Both the position numbers and the translations under genes were made by a program. DNA of 64,000 nt from Mobula hypostoma (taxonomy: Eukaryota): NCBI RefSeq assembly GCF_963921235.1, contig NC_086097.1:195240001-195304000 (forward strand), read 5' to 3'. Of this stretch, positions 38,692 to 49,744 are shown piece after piece. The notes beneath the pieces were generated by a model that did not search any database, was not told the origin of the DNA, and worked only from the letters and a program-made list of their open reading frames with translations. Positions within the stretch are counted from its first letter, which is position 1. The number at the start of each line of letters is the position of its first letter.

Positions 38692-39972
38692 CACACACAT
38701 AAAAAATGCTGGTGAATGCAGCAGGCCAGGCAGCATCTATAGTAAGAGGTCCCGTCGACATTTCGGGCCGAGACCCTTCGTCAGGACTAACTTAAAGAAG
38801 AGAGAGTAAGAGATTTGCAAGTGGGAGGGGGCAGGGGAGATCCGAAATGATAGGAGAAGACAGTAGGGGGAGGGATGGATCAAAGAGCTGGAAAGATGAC
38901 TGGCAAAGGGATATGAGCGGATCATGAGACGGGAGGCCTAGGGAGAAAAAAGGGGGGGAGCCCAGAGGACAGGCAAGGAGTATAGTGAGAGGGACAGAGG
39001 GAGTAAAAGGAGAAAGAGAGAGAGAGAAAGAAAAAATTTAATAATAATAAAAAATAAATAATGGATGGGGTACAAAGGGGAAGTGGGGCATTAACGGAAG
39101 TTAGAGCAGTCCATGTTCATGCCATCAGGTTGGAGGCTACCCCGACAGAATATAAGGTGTTGTTCCTCCATCCTGAGTGTGGCTTCATCTTTACAGTAGA
39201 GGAGGCCGTGGATAAACATATCAGAATGGGAATGGGACATGGAATTAAAATGTGTGGCCACTGGGAGATCCTGTTTTCTCTGGTGGGCAGAGCGTAGGTG
39301 TTCAGTGAAACGGTCTCCCAGGCTGCATCGGGTCTCGCCAATATACAGAAGGCTGCATCGGGAGCACCGGACACAGTATATCACCCCAGCCGACTCACAG
39401 GTGAAGTGTCGCCTCACCTGGGAGGACTATCTGGGGCCCTGAATGGTGGTGAGGGAGGAAGTGTAAGGGCATGTGTAGCACTTGTTCCACTTACAAGGAT
39501 AAGTGCCAGGAGGGAGATCAGTGGGGAGGGATGGGGGGGACGAATGGACAAGGGAGTCGCATAGGGAGCAATTCCTGTGGAAAGCAGGGGGAGGGGAGGG
39601 AAAGATGTGCTTAGTGGTAAGATCCCGTTGGAGGTGTCGGAAGTTACGGAGAATTATATGTTGGACCCGGAGGCTGGTGGGGTGGTAGGTGAGGACAAGG
39701 GGAACCCTATTCTTAGTGGGGTGGCTGGAGGAGGGGGTGAGAGCAGATGTGCGTGAAATGGGAGATGCGTTTGAGAGCAGAGTTGATGGTGGAGGAAGGG
39801 GAGCCCCTTTCTTTAAAAAGGAGGACATCTCCTTCGTTCTGGAATGAAATGCCTCATCCTGAGAGCAGATACGGTGGAGACGGAGGAATTGCGAGAAGGA
39901 GATGGCATTTTTGAAAGAGACAGAGTGGGAAGAGGAATAGTCCAGGTAGCTGTGAGAGTCCGTGGGCTTATA
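38692..39972 (-). mobile_element. Penelope-like element: RT thumb, GIY-YIG endonuclease and pseudo-LTR with hammerhead (~38752-38790)
   Basis: YKPTDSHSYLDYSSSH...SQFLRLHRICS (39427..39990) and GVIYCVRCSRCSLLYIGETR..LGDRF.EH (39091..39417). Confidence 0.92.
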
Positions 39973-40407
39973 GCCTCTGGTTTTAGACATTTCAACCTTA
40001 GGAGAAAAAAATACTGTCTGTCTACTCTAACTGTGCCTCTCATAATCTTACAAAGCTCCATCAGATCTCCCCTCAGCCTCTGCCACTCCAGAGAAAACAA
40101 TAGGTTTGTTCAACCTCTTATTATAGCACATGCTGTCTAATCCAGGCAGCATCCTGGTGAACCTCTTCTGCATCCTCTCCAAAACCTCCATATCCTTCCA
40201 ATATTGGGGTGACCAGAACTATATGAAACACTCCAGATGTGGCCTTGTTAGATTTTCATAAAGCTGCAACATAACTTGCTGACTATCGAACTCTATGCCT
40301 CAACTAATAAAGGCAAGCATGCCGTATGCCTTCTCAACCCCCCCTATCAACCTGTGTAGACACTTTCGGGGAGCTAAGAACGTGGACCCCAAATCTCTGT
40401 TCAGCAC

Positions 40408-40827
40408 CCTGGTGCCAGGGTCCGGGATATTTCTGATGGTGTCCAAGATATCCTGAAGTGGGAGGGTGAGGAGCCAGAGGTCGTGGTACATATAGGTACC
40501 AATGACATAGGTAGGAAAAGGGATGAGGTCCTGAAAGGAGAATATAGGGAGCTAGGAAGGGAGTTGAGAAAAAGGACCGCAAAGGTAGTAATCTCGGGAT
40601 TACTGCCTGTGCCACGCAACAGTGAGAGTAGGAATGCGATGAGGTGGAGGATAAATGCGTGGCTGAGGGATTGGAGCAGGGGGCAGGGATTCAAGTTTTT
40701 GGATCATTGGGACCTCTTTTGGCGCAGGCGTGACCTGTACCAAAACGACGGGTTACACTTGAATCCTAGGGGGACCAATATCCTGGCAGGGAGATTAGTG
40801 GGGGCTACTGAGGTGACTTTAAACTAG
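40408..40827 (+). CDS. CR1 ORF1 C-terminal SGNH/GDSL esterase domain (partial)
   Basis: Open frame PGARVRDI...VVHIGTND...DGLHLN...TLN*, matching SGNH blocks II, III and V. Block I was lost by truncation. Confidence 0.85.
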   Translation, partial: PGARVRDISDGVQDILKWEGEEPEVVVHIGTNDIGRKRDEVLKGEYRELGRELRKRTAKVVISGLLPVPRNSESRNAMRWRINAWLRDWSRGQGFKFLDHWDLFWRRRDLYQNDGLHLNPRGTNILAGRLVGATEVTLN

Positions 40828-43800
40828 AATGGTTGGGGGGTGGGAATCAAATTAAAGAGGCTAGGCGTGAGGAGGTTAGTTCACAACAGAGGGATGGGAA
40901 CGAGTGCAGAGAGTCAGAGGGGTGTAAAGTGAGCGTAGAAGCAAAAAGTACAAAGGAGAAAAGTAAAAGTGGCAGGCCGACAAATCCAGGGCAAGCATTA
41001 AAAAGGGCCACTTTTCAACATAATTGTACAAGGGCTAAGATAGTTGTAAAAGAGCGCCTGAAGGCTTTATGTGTCAATGCAAGGAGCATTCGTAATAAGG
41101 TGGATGAATTGAAAGTGCAGATTGTTATTAATGATTATGATATAGTTGGGATCACAGAGACATGGCTCCAGGGTGACCAGGGATGGGAGCTCAACGTTCA
41201 GGGATATTCAATATTCAGGAGGGATAGACATGAAGGAAGGGGAGGTGGGGTGGCGTTGCTGGTTAAAGAAGAGATTAACGCAATAGAAAGGAAGGACATA
41301 AGCCGGGAAGATGTGGAATCGATATGGGTAGAGCTGCGTAACACTAAGGGGCAGAAGACGCTGGCGGGAGTTGTGTACAGGCCACCTAACAGTAGTAGTG
41401 AGGTCAGAGATGGTATTAAACAGGAAATTAGAAATGTGTGCAATAAAGGAACAGCAGTTATAATGGGTGACTTCAATCTACATGTAGACTGGGTGAACCA
41501 AATTGGTAAAGGTGCTGAGGAAGAGGATTTCTTGGAATGTATGCGGGATGGTTTTTTGAACCAACATGTCGAGGAACCAACTAGAGAGCAGGCTATTCTG
41601 GACTGGGTTTTGAGCAATGAGGAAGGGTTAATTAGCGATCTTGTCGTGAGAGGTCCCTTGGGTAAGAGTGACCATAATATGGTGGAATTCTTCATTAATA
41701 TGGAGAGTGACATAGTTAATTCAGAAACAAAGGTTCTGAACTTAAAGAGGGGTAACTTTGAAGGTATGAGACGTGAATTAGCTAAGATAGACTGGCAAAT
41801 GACACTTAAAGGATTGACGATGGATATGCAATGGCAAGCATTTAAAGGTTGCATGGATGAACTACAACAATTGTTCATCCCAGTTTGGCAAAAGAATAAA
41901 TCAACGAAGGTAGTGCACCCGTGGCTGACAAGAGAAATTAGGGATAGTATCAATTCCAAAGAAGTAGCATACAAATTAGCCAGAGAAAGTGGCTCACCTG
42001 AGGACTGGGAGAAATTCAGAGTTCAGCAGAGGAGGACAAAGGGCGTAATTAGGAAGGGGAAAAAAGATTATGAGAGAAAACTGGCAGAGAACATAAAAAC
42101 GGACTGTAAAAGCTTTTATAGAAATGTAAAAAGGAAAAGACTGGTAAAGACAAATGTAGGTCCCCTGCAGACAGAAACAGGTGAATTGATTATGGGGAGC
42201 AAGGACATGGGAGACCAATTGAATAATTACTTTGGTTCTGTCTTCACTAAGGAGGACATAAATAATCTTCCAGAAATAGTAAGGGACAGAGGGTCCAGTG
42301 AGATGGAGGAACTGAGTGAAATACATGTTAGTAGGGAAGTGGTGTTAGGTAAATTGAAGGGATTAAAGGCAGATAAATCCCCAGGGCCAGATGGTCTGCA
42401 TCCTAGAGTGCTTAAGGAAGTAGCCCAAGAAATAGTGGATGCATTAGTGATAATTTTTCAAAACTCGTTAGATTCTGGACTAGTTCCTGAGGATTGGAGG
42501 GTGGCTAATGTAACCCCACTTTTTAAAAAAGGAGGGAGAGAGAAACCGGGGAATTATAGACCGGTTAGCCTAACGTCGGTGGTGGGGAAACTGCTGGAGT
42601 CAGTTATCAAGGATGTGATAACAGCACATTTGGAAAGCGGTGAAATGATCGGACAAAGTCTGCATGGATTTGTGAAAGGAAAATCATGTCTGACGAATCT
42701 CATAGAATTTTTTGAGGATGTAACTAGTAGAGTGGATAGGGGAGAACCAGTGGATGTGGTATATTTGGATTTTCAAAAGGCTTTTGACAAGGTCCCACAC
42801 AGGAGATTAGTGTGCAAACTTAAAGCACATGGTATTGGGGGTAAGGTATTGGTGTGGGTGGAGAATTGGTTAGCAGACAGGAAGCAAAGAGTGGGAATAA
42901 ACGGGACCTTTTCAGAATGGCAGGCGGTGACTAGTGGGGTACCGCAAGGCTCAGTGCTGGGACCCCAGTTGTTTACAATATATATTAATGACTTGGATGA
43001 GGGAATTAAATGCAGCATCTCCAAGTTTACGGATGACACGAAGCTGGGTGGCAGTGTTAGCAGTGAGGAGGATGCTAAGAGGATGCAGGGTGACTTGGAT
43101 AGGTTGGGTGAGTGGGCAAACTCATGGCAGATGCAATTTAATGTGGATAAATGTGAAGTTATCCACTTTGGTGGCAAAAATAGGAAAACAGATTATTATC
43201 TAAATGGTGGCCAATTAGGAAAAGGGGAGGTGCAACGAGACCTGGGTGTCATTATACACCAGTCATTGAAAGTGGGCATGCAGGTACAGCAGGCGGTGAA
43301 AAAGGCGAATGGTATGCTGGCATTTATAGTGAGAGGATTCGAGTACAGGAGCAGGGAGGTACTACTGCAGTTGTACAAGGCCTTGGTGAGACCACACCTG
43401 GAGTATTGTGTGCAGTTTTGGTCCCCTAATCTGAGGAAAGACATCCTTGCCATAGAGGGAGTACAAAGAAGGTTCACCAGATTGATTCCTGGGATGGCAG
43501 GACTTTCATATGAAGAAAGACTGGATGAACTGGGCTTGTACTCGTTGGAATTTAGAAGATTGAGGGGGGATCTGATTGAAACGTATAAGATTCTAAAGGG
43601 ATTGGACAGGCTAGATGCAGGAAGATTGTTCCCGATGTTGGGGAAGTCCAGAACGAGGGGTCACAGTTTGAGGATAGAGGGGAAGCCTTTTAGGACTGAG
43701 ATTAGGAAAAACTTCTTCACACAGAGAGTGGTGAATCTGTGGAATTCTCTGCCACAGCAAACTGTTGAGGCCAGTTCATTGGCTATATTTAAGAGGGAGT

Positions 43801-43865
43801 TAGATATGGCCCTTGTGGCTACAGGTGTCAGGGGGTATGGAGGGAAGGCTGGGGCGGGGTTCTGA
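40812..43865 (+). CDS. CR1 ORF2: APE endonuclease plus reverse transcriptase, uninterrupted (>1010 codons)
   Basis: VNARS, ITETW, VYRPP, GDFN and SDH (endonuclease); [19 protein letters not shown] and FTDD (RT). The 'M' at 40833 in the ORF track is a TTG codon. Confidence 0.95.
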   Translation, partial: GDFKLEWLGGGNQIKEARREEVSSQQRDGNECRESEGCKVSVEAKSTKEKSKSGRPTNPGQALKRATFQHNCTRAKIVVKERLKALCVNARSIRNKVDELKVQIVINDYDIVGITETWLQGDQGWELNVQGYSIFRRDRHEGRGGGVALLVKEEINAIERKDISREDVESIWVELRNTKGQKTLAGVVYRPPNSSSEVRDGIKQEIRNVCNKGTAVIMGDFNLHVDWVNQIGKGAEEEDFLECMRDGFLNQHVEEPTREQAILDWVLSNEEGLISDLVVRGPLGKSDHNMVEFFINMESDIVNSETKVLNLKRGNFEGMRRELAKIDWQMTLKGLTMDMQWQAFKGCMDELQQLFIPVWQKNKSTKVVHPWLTREIRDSINSKEVAYKLARESGSPEDWEKFRVQQRRTKGVIRKGKKDYERKLAENIKTDCKSFYRNVKRKRLVKTNVGPLQTETGELIMGSKDMGDQLNNYFGSVFTKEDINNLPEIVRDRGSSEMEELSEIHVSREVVLGKLKGLKADKSPGPDGLHPRVLKEVAQEIVDALVIIFQNSLDSGLVPEDWRVANVTPLFKKGGREKPGNYRPVSLTSVVGKLLESVIKDVITAHLESGEMIGQSLHGFVKGKSCLTNLIEFFEDVTSRVDRGEPVDVVYLDFQKAFDKVPHRRLVCKLKAHGIGGKVLVWVENWLADRKQRVGINGTFSEWQAVTSGVPQGSVLGPQLFTIYINDLDEGIKCSISKFTDDTKLGGSVSSEEDAKRMQGDLDRLGEWANSWQMQFNVDKCEVIHFGGKNRKTDYYLNGGQLGKGEVQRDLGVIIHQSLKVGMQVQQAVKKANGMLAFIVRGFEYRSREVLLQLYKALVRPHLEYCVQFWSPNLRKDILAIEGVQRRFTRLIPGMAGLSYEERLDELGLYSLEFRRLRGDLIETYKILKGLDRLDAGRLFPMLGKSRTRGHSLRIEGKPFRTEIRKNFFTQRVVNLWNSLPQQTVEASSLAIFKRELDMALVATGVRGYGGKAGAGF
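40818..40827 (+). promoter_or_regulatory. Candidate -1 ribosomal frameshift heptamer T-TTA-AAC plus the ORF1 stop
   Basis: X-XXY-YYZ in the ORF1 phase. The -1 frame is ORF2, open from 40812, and its first AUG is at 41463. Confidence 0.6.
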
Positions 43866-43898
43866 GTTGGATGATCAGCCATGATCATAATAAATGGC

Positions 43899-43937
43899 GG
43901 TGCAGGCTCGAAGGGCCGAATGGCCTACTCCTGCACC
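43899..43937 (+). promoter_or_regulatory. CR1 3' UTR stem-loop (putative RT recognition signal)
   Basis: GGTGCAGG...GGCC-GAAT-GGCC...CCTGCACC immediately before the tandem tail. Confidence 0.7.
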
Positions 43938-45189
43938 TATTTTCTATGTTTCTATCAACACTACTAAGGGTCTTGCCCTTAACAATGCATTATCTATTTA
44001 CATTTGACCTACCAAGATGCCACAGCTTTCCACCTTATCCACAGCACCACCAATCTTTGTATCATCTGCAATCTTACTAACCCACCATCTACATTCTCAT
44101 CCAGTAAGCCAGATCTAAATCCAAATTGTCAATTCACCATGGATCCCATGCATTAATCTTCTGGATGAGTCCCTCATGAGGGGCCTTGTCAAACATCTTA
44201 CGAAAATCCAAGTAGACAACGTCTGTTCATCAATCACCTCATCACCTTGTCAAAAAACTCAGTCTATTTATTAAGACACACCTTGCCCTGCACAAAGCCA
44301 GGCTGGCTCTCCCTAATTATGCATAGGTTTCCTAATGTTCATAAATCCTATCCCTAAGAATTCTCTCCAGTAACTTCCCTTCCATTGATGTGAGACTCAC
44401 CAGTCTATAGTACCCAGGGTTATCCCTAGTTCCCTTTGCGAATAACGTCAGCTACTCACCAGTCCTCTAGAATTTCGTCTGTGGCTAAAGAAGGCAAAAA
44501 TATTTTTCCCATCCACCATCTCCTACTTCTTGATAAATACTGATGTAAAATACTCATAGGGGACCTCACCCACATCCTCCGCATCCAAGCAAATGTTTTC
44601 ACCCTCTTTACTCCCGAGTGGTCCTACCCTCTCCCTAGTTATCCTCTCTCTCTCGAAGTATGTATAAAATACCTTGGGATTCTCTTTAATCCTACTTGCC
44701 ATGGACTTTTCATGGCTGCTCCTGGCTTTTCAATTCCATTCAGTTCTTTTCTGGCTCCTTTATATTCCTCAAGGGCTCTGATTGATCGTAACTTCATAAG
44801 CTTAACATAATTTTCTATTTGCTTGTTGACTAAATTAACCATCTCCCTCAAAATCCAAGGATCTTTTACCTTGCCATTCTAGTCCTCCCGTCCACTGGAA
44901 CCTCCCTGTCCTGTATTCTGCGCAGTTGGTCTTTAAACACTCTCCACCTGTCAAATGTGGATCTGCCCAAAAACAGCTGTTCATATTTAACAGTCCCAGT
45001 TCCTGTCTAATGTTCTTGTAATTTGCTTTGCTCCAATGTGATATTCTCCCACAAGGATCCTAGCCTATAACTATCTTAGAACTTAAGGGGTTGTGGTCAC
45101 TGTTCCCTAACTGCTCATTCATTGAATTGTCAGTTACAGGGACATGCTCATTACCAAACACGAGGTCCAGTACGACCTCTCCTCTATCT

Positions 45190-45940
45190 GTTTCACTCCC
45201 AGATGAGCTCAATGCCTATTATGCTTGCTTTAACCATCAAAGCATGGAGGGAAGTTTATGAACTCTCTGTGAAGTTTCTGAAGTTTATAGCCCTGATGAC
45301 CCTGTGATTTCAGTCTCTGAGACCACCGTGAGAGCATCCTTCAGGAGGTTGAATCCAAGGAAAGCATCCAGCCTAATTGGGTACCTGGCTGAGCACTAAA
45401 GACCTATGATGATCAATTGGCTGTTGTCTTCACTGATATCTCTAAATTCTCACTTCAGCAGTCTGAGGTACCCATTCGTTTCAAGCAGGTTTCAATTATA
45501 CTGGTGCTGGAGAAGAACATGAGAACCTCCCTCAATGACTATTGTCCTGTGGCACTACGATGAAGTGCTTTGAGAGGTTGGTGATGGAACATATCAACTC
45601 CTGCCTGAGAGACAACTTGGATCTGCTCAAACTTACCTACCTTCATAACAGGTCTACACCAAATGCCATTTCATTGGTTCTTCAGTCAACCCTGGAACAT
45701 CTGGAGAGTGAAGGTACATAAATCAGGATGCTTATCGTTGACTACAGCTCAGCATTCAATGCTATCATTCCCTCAAAATGATTCAATAACCTTTAAGACC
45801 TTGGCCTCAATACCTCCTTGTGCAAATGGATACTCGATTTCCTCACTTGCAGACAGCAGTTAGTTCAGATTGGTGAAAACAACTCCTCCACAATCTCCAT
45901 CAGCACAGGTGCATCACAAGTCTGTGTGCTTAGACCCCCA
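45190..45940 (+). mobile_element. Rex1/Babar-like RT fragment
   Basis: Decayed LNDYCPVAL, MKCFERLV, DYSSAFN and [15 protein letters not shown]. Confidence 0.75.
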
Positions 45941-45944
45941 CTAA

Positions 45945-48900
45945 AATTTTGTTTCTGCTGCTTCCCTCCTTTCTTAAAAGGTGCAGTGACATTTGCAATT
46001 TTCCAATCATGCCAAAACATAGAACATAGAATAGAAAATCCAATGATTTTTGAAAGATCATTTCTAATACCTTCACAATCTCCACCGCTACCTCTTTTAG
46101 AACCCTCGGGTGCAGTACATCTGGTCTGAGAAACTTATGCACCCTTAAGTCTTTCAGCATTTTGAGCACTTTCTCTCTTGTAATAGTAACTGCACTCACT
46201 TTTCTTCCCTCACACCTTTCAACATCCGGCATACTGGTTTTGTCTTCTACAGTGAAGATTGATGCAAGATACTCATTTAGTTCATCTGCCATCTCCTTGC
46301 CCCCCATTTTTATTTCTCCATCCTCATTTACTACCTGTTCTATATCTACTCTCATCTTTCGTTTTTTATATATACTTGGTAATGTTTTTCTATCCACTTT
46401 GATACTGTTGCTAGCTTGCTTTCATATTTCATCATTTCCCTCCTAATGTTTCTTTTAGTTGCTTTCTGTAGGTTTTTAAAAGGTTCCCAATCCTCTATCT
46501 TCCCACTAATAACAGGAATTCTGCAGATGCTGGAAATTCAAGCAACACACATCAAAGTTGCTGGTGAACGCAGCAGGCCAGGCAGCATCTCTAGGAAGAG
46601 GTACAGTCGACGTTTCAGGCCGAGACCCTTCGTCAGGACTAACTGAAGGAAGAGTTAGTAAGAGATTTGAAAGTGGGAGGGGGAGGGGGAGATCCAAAAT
46701 GATAGGAGAAGATAGGAGGGAGAGGGATGGAGCCAAGAGCTGGACAGGTGATTGGCAAAAGGGATATGGAGGATCATGGGACAGGAGGCCCGGGGAGAAA
46801 GACAAGGGGGGGTGGGAACCCAGAGGATGGGCAAGGGGTATAGTCAGAGGGACAGAGGGAGAAAAAGGAGAGTGAGAGAAAGAATGTGTGTATAAAAATA
46901 AATAACAGATGGGGTACGAGGGGGAGGTGAGGCATTAGCGGAAGTTAGAGAAGTCGATGTTCATGCCATCAGGTTGGAGGCTACCCAGACGGAATATAAG
47001 GTGTTGTTCCTCCAACCTGAGTGTGGCTTCATCTTTACAGTAGAGGAGGCCATGGATAGACATGTCAGAATGGGAATGGGATGTGGAATTAAAATGTGTG
47101 GCCACTGGGAGATCCTGCTTTCTCTGGCGGACAGAGCATAGGTGTTCAGCAAGGCGGTCTCCCAGTCTGCGTCGGGTCTCGCCAATATATAGAAGGCTAC
47201 ATCGGGAGCACCAGACGCAGTATATCTCATTGATTTTATTAACTTTGCCTCCAACTTTCATCCTGCCCTCAAGTTTACCTGGCCCATTTCCGACACCTCC
47301 CTCCCCTTTCTAGATCCTTCTGTCTCTGTCTCTGGAGACAGCTTATCCATTGATGTCTACTATAAGCCTACTGACTCTCACAGCTATCTGGATTATTCCT
47401 CTTCTCACCCTGTCTCTTGCAAAAATGCCATCCCCTTCTCGCAATTCCTCCATCTCCGCCGCGTCTGCTCTCAGGATGAGGCTTTTCATTCCAGGACGAG
47501 GGAGATGTCCTCCTTTTTTAAAGAAAGGGGCTTCCCTTCCTCCACTATCAACTCTGCTCTCAAACGCATCTCCCCCATTTCACGTACATCTGCTCTCACT
47601 CCATCCTCCCACCACCCCACTAGGAATAGGGTTCCCCTGGTCCTCACCTACCACCCCACCAGCCTCCGGGTCCAACATATTATTCTCCGTAACTTCCGCC
47701 ACCTCCAATGGGATCCCACCACTAAGCACATCTTTCCCTCCCCCCCCCCGCTTTCTGCAGGGATCGCTCCCTACGCGACTCCCTTGTCCATGCGTCCCCC
47801 TCATCCCTCCGCACTGATCTCCCTCCTGACACTTATCCTTGTAAGTGGAACAAGTGCTACGCGTGCCCTTACACTTCCTCCCTTACCATCATTCAGGGCC
47901 CCAAACAGTCCTTCCAGGTGAGGCGACACTTCACCTGTGAGTCGGCTGGGGTGATATACTGTGTCCGGTGCTCCCGATGTGGCCTTCTATATATTGGCGA
48001 GACCTGACGCAGACTGGGAGACCGCTTTGCTGAACACCTACGCTCTGTCTGCCAGAGAAAGCAGGATCTCCCAGTGGCCACACATTTTAATTCCACATCC
48101 CATTCCCATTCTGACATGTCTATCCACAGCCTCCTCTACTGTACAGATGAAGCCACACTCAGGTTGGAGGAACAACACCTTATATTCTGTCTGGGTAGCC
48201 TCCAACCTGATGGCATGAACATCGACTTCTCTAACTTCCGCTAATGCCCCACCTCCCCCTCGTACCCCATCTGTTATTTATTTTTATACACACATTCTTT
48301 CTCTCACTCTCCTTTTTCTCCCTCTGTCCCTCTGAGTATACCCGTTGCCCATCCTCTGGGTTCCCCCCCACCCCGTCTTTCTCCCCGGACCTCCTGTCCC
48401 ATGATCCTCCCGTATCCCCTTTGCCAATCACCTGTCCAGCTCTTAGCTTCATCCCTCCCCCTCCTGTCTTCTCCTATCATTTTGGATCTCCCCCTCCCCC
48501 TCCCACTTTCAAATCTCTTACTAACTCTTCCTTCAGTTAGTCCTGACGAAGGGTCTCGGCCTGAAATGTCAACTGTACCTCTTCCTAGAGATGCTCCCTG
48601 GCCTGCTGTGTTCACCAGCAACTTTGATGTGTGTTGCTTCTTCCCACTAGTTTTTGCTTTGTTTTATGGCCTCTCTTTGCCATACTCGTTTTGCCATTTG
48701 AGTATGTCTTTATTTTTGGAATTACATCTATCCTGCATCATCCTGAAACGTCGACTACACCTCTTCCTTCAGATGCTGCTTGGCCTGCTGCGTTCACCAG
48801 CAACTTTGATGTGTGTTGCTTGAATTTCCAGCATCTGCAGAATTCCTGTTGTTGTCCTGCATCATCCTCATTTTTCCCAGAAATTCAAGGCATTGCTACT

Positions 48901-49190
48901 CTGCTATCATCCCTGTCAGCATCTCCTGTCAACTTACTTCACTAACTCCTCGCTGCTAGCACTGTAATTTCCTTTCCTCCACTGAAATACTTTATATCAG
49001 CCTTTACTTTCTCCCTAACAAGTTTCAAGTTGAACTCAATCATATTGTGATCACTGACTCCTAACAGTTCCTTTACCTTAAATTCCCTATCGCCTCCAGT
49101 TCATTGCATAACACCAATCCAGTATAGCTGACCCCTTGAAGGCTCAACAACAAACCGCTCAAAAAAGCCATCTCCTAGGCATTCAACAAA
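45945..49190 (-). mobile_element. Decayed CR1 ORF2 fragment hosting PLE insertions
   Basis: ORF 45930..46397 ([21 protein letters not shown]); continues after 48650. Confidence 0.8.
46509..48638. mobile_element. Inverted PLE-A insertion: minus copy 46509-47226 joined to plus copy 47227-48638, with 3' ends outward
   Basis: GIY-YIG is encoded on both arms. An 11-bp TSD TCTTCCCACTA lies at 46498-46508 and 48639-48649. Hammerhead motifs at ~46604-46642 (-) and ~48537-48574 (+). Confidence 0.93.
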
Positions 49191-49744
49191 TGTTTTATTC
49201 ACAAATAAAATATCAAAGCTTGCACTGAGGGAAAATGGAAGTAGTAATCAAGAGGAGTTCTAGCCATATAGCAATTGGAAATATACTTGAAGATAATGGT
49301 TTGAAAATTAAAGCATTCACTTTTCATTAACAATTAATTCATATCCATCTGCTTTTCATATTAGTTTCAGAATAAATTTATAATATACTGCTCTGTGCCA
49401 AAAATTTGAAGATATCTCTCCCTTTAACTAAAGACAGCTCAAGAAAATTGGATCACTTTTCAACTGTCCATTTATGCTATTTAATGGGAGATTTGCAATT
49501 CAGAAATTTCTCAGAATATTTCAGAGGCTGAGTCTCTGATCTATAGTAGTTAAGATAGCCAGGAGACACTGGAAAAAGAATTAGAAGTTTTCCCTTTTGT
49601 TTTTAACCTCAAATAACCTTCACTTGATTTGCAGTCCTCTGTGCAGAATTGAATGGTTCTTGGTCCTCTGCACGTCTATATGTTCTCACTTGTATAGACT
49701 GCAATAATGAAGTTTTATTAAACAAAAATATATTTTTGAAATTT

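Larger units (their letters stand above)
40408..43954 (+). mobile_element. Young CR1 LINE, 5'-truncated inside ORF1
   Basis: ORF1 remnant, open ORF2, 3' stem-loop and (TTTCTATG)n tail. Near-TSD tcagcac (40401-40407) / tcaacac (43955-43961). Confidence 0.95.
38417..45190 (-). mobile_element. Old CR1 LINE hosting a PLE (38692-39972) and the young CR1 (40408-43954)
   Basis: Collinear minus-strand ORF2 pieces at 38505..38696, 39975-40400 and 43956-45190; tail at ~38417-38428. Confidence 0.8.

Noticed and set aside
40829..40855. AUG just after the ORF1 stop as the ORF2 start
   Set aside because: It is out of frame with ORF2, closes after 8 codons, and has no counterpart at the family B junction.
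41198..43888. Long antisense ORFs (41198..41974, 42773..43177 etc.)
   Set aside because: These are shadow frames of CR1 ORF2 with no independent motifs; similar ones recur on every CR1 copy.
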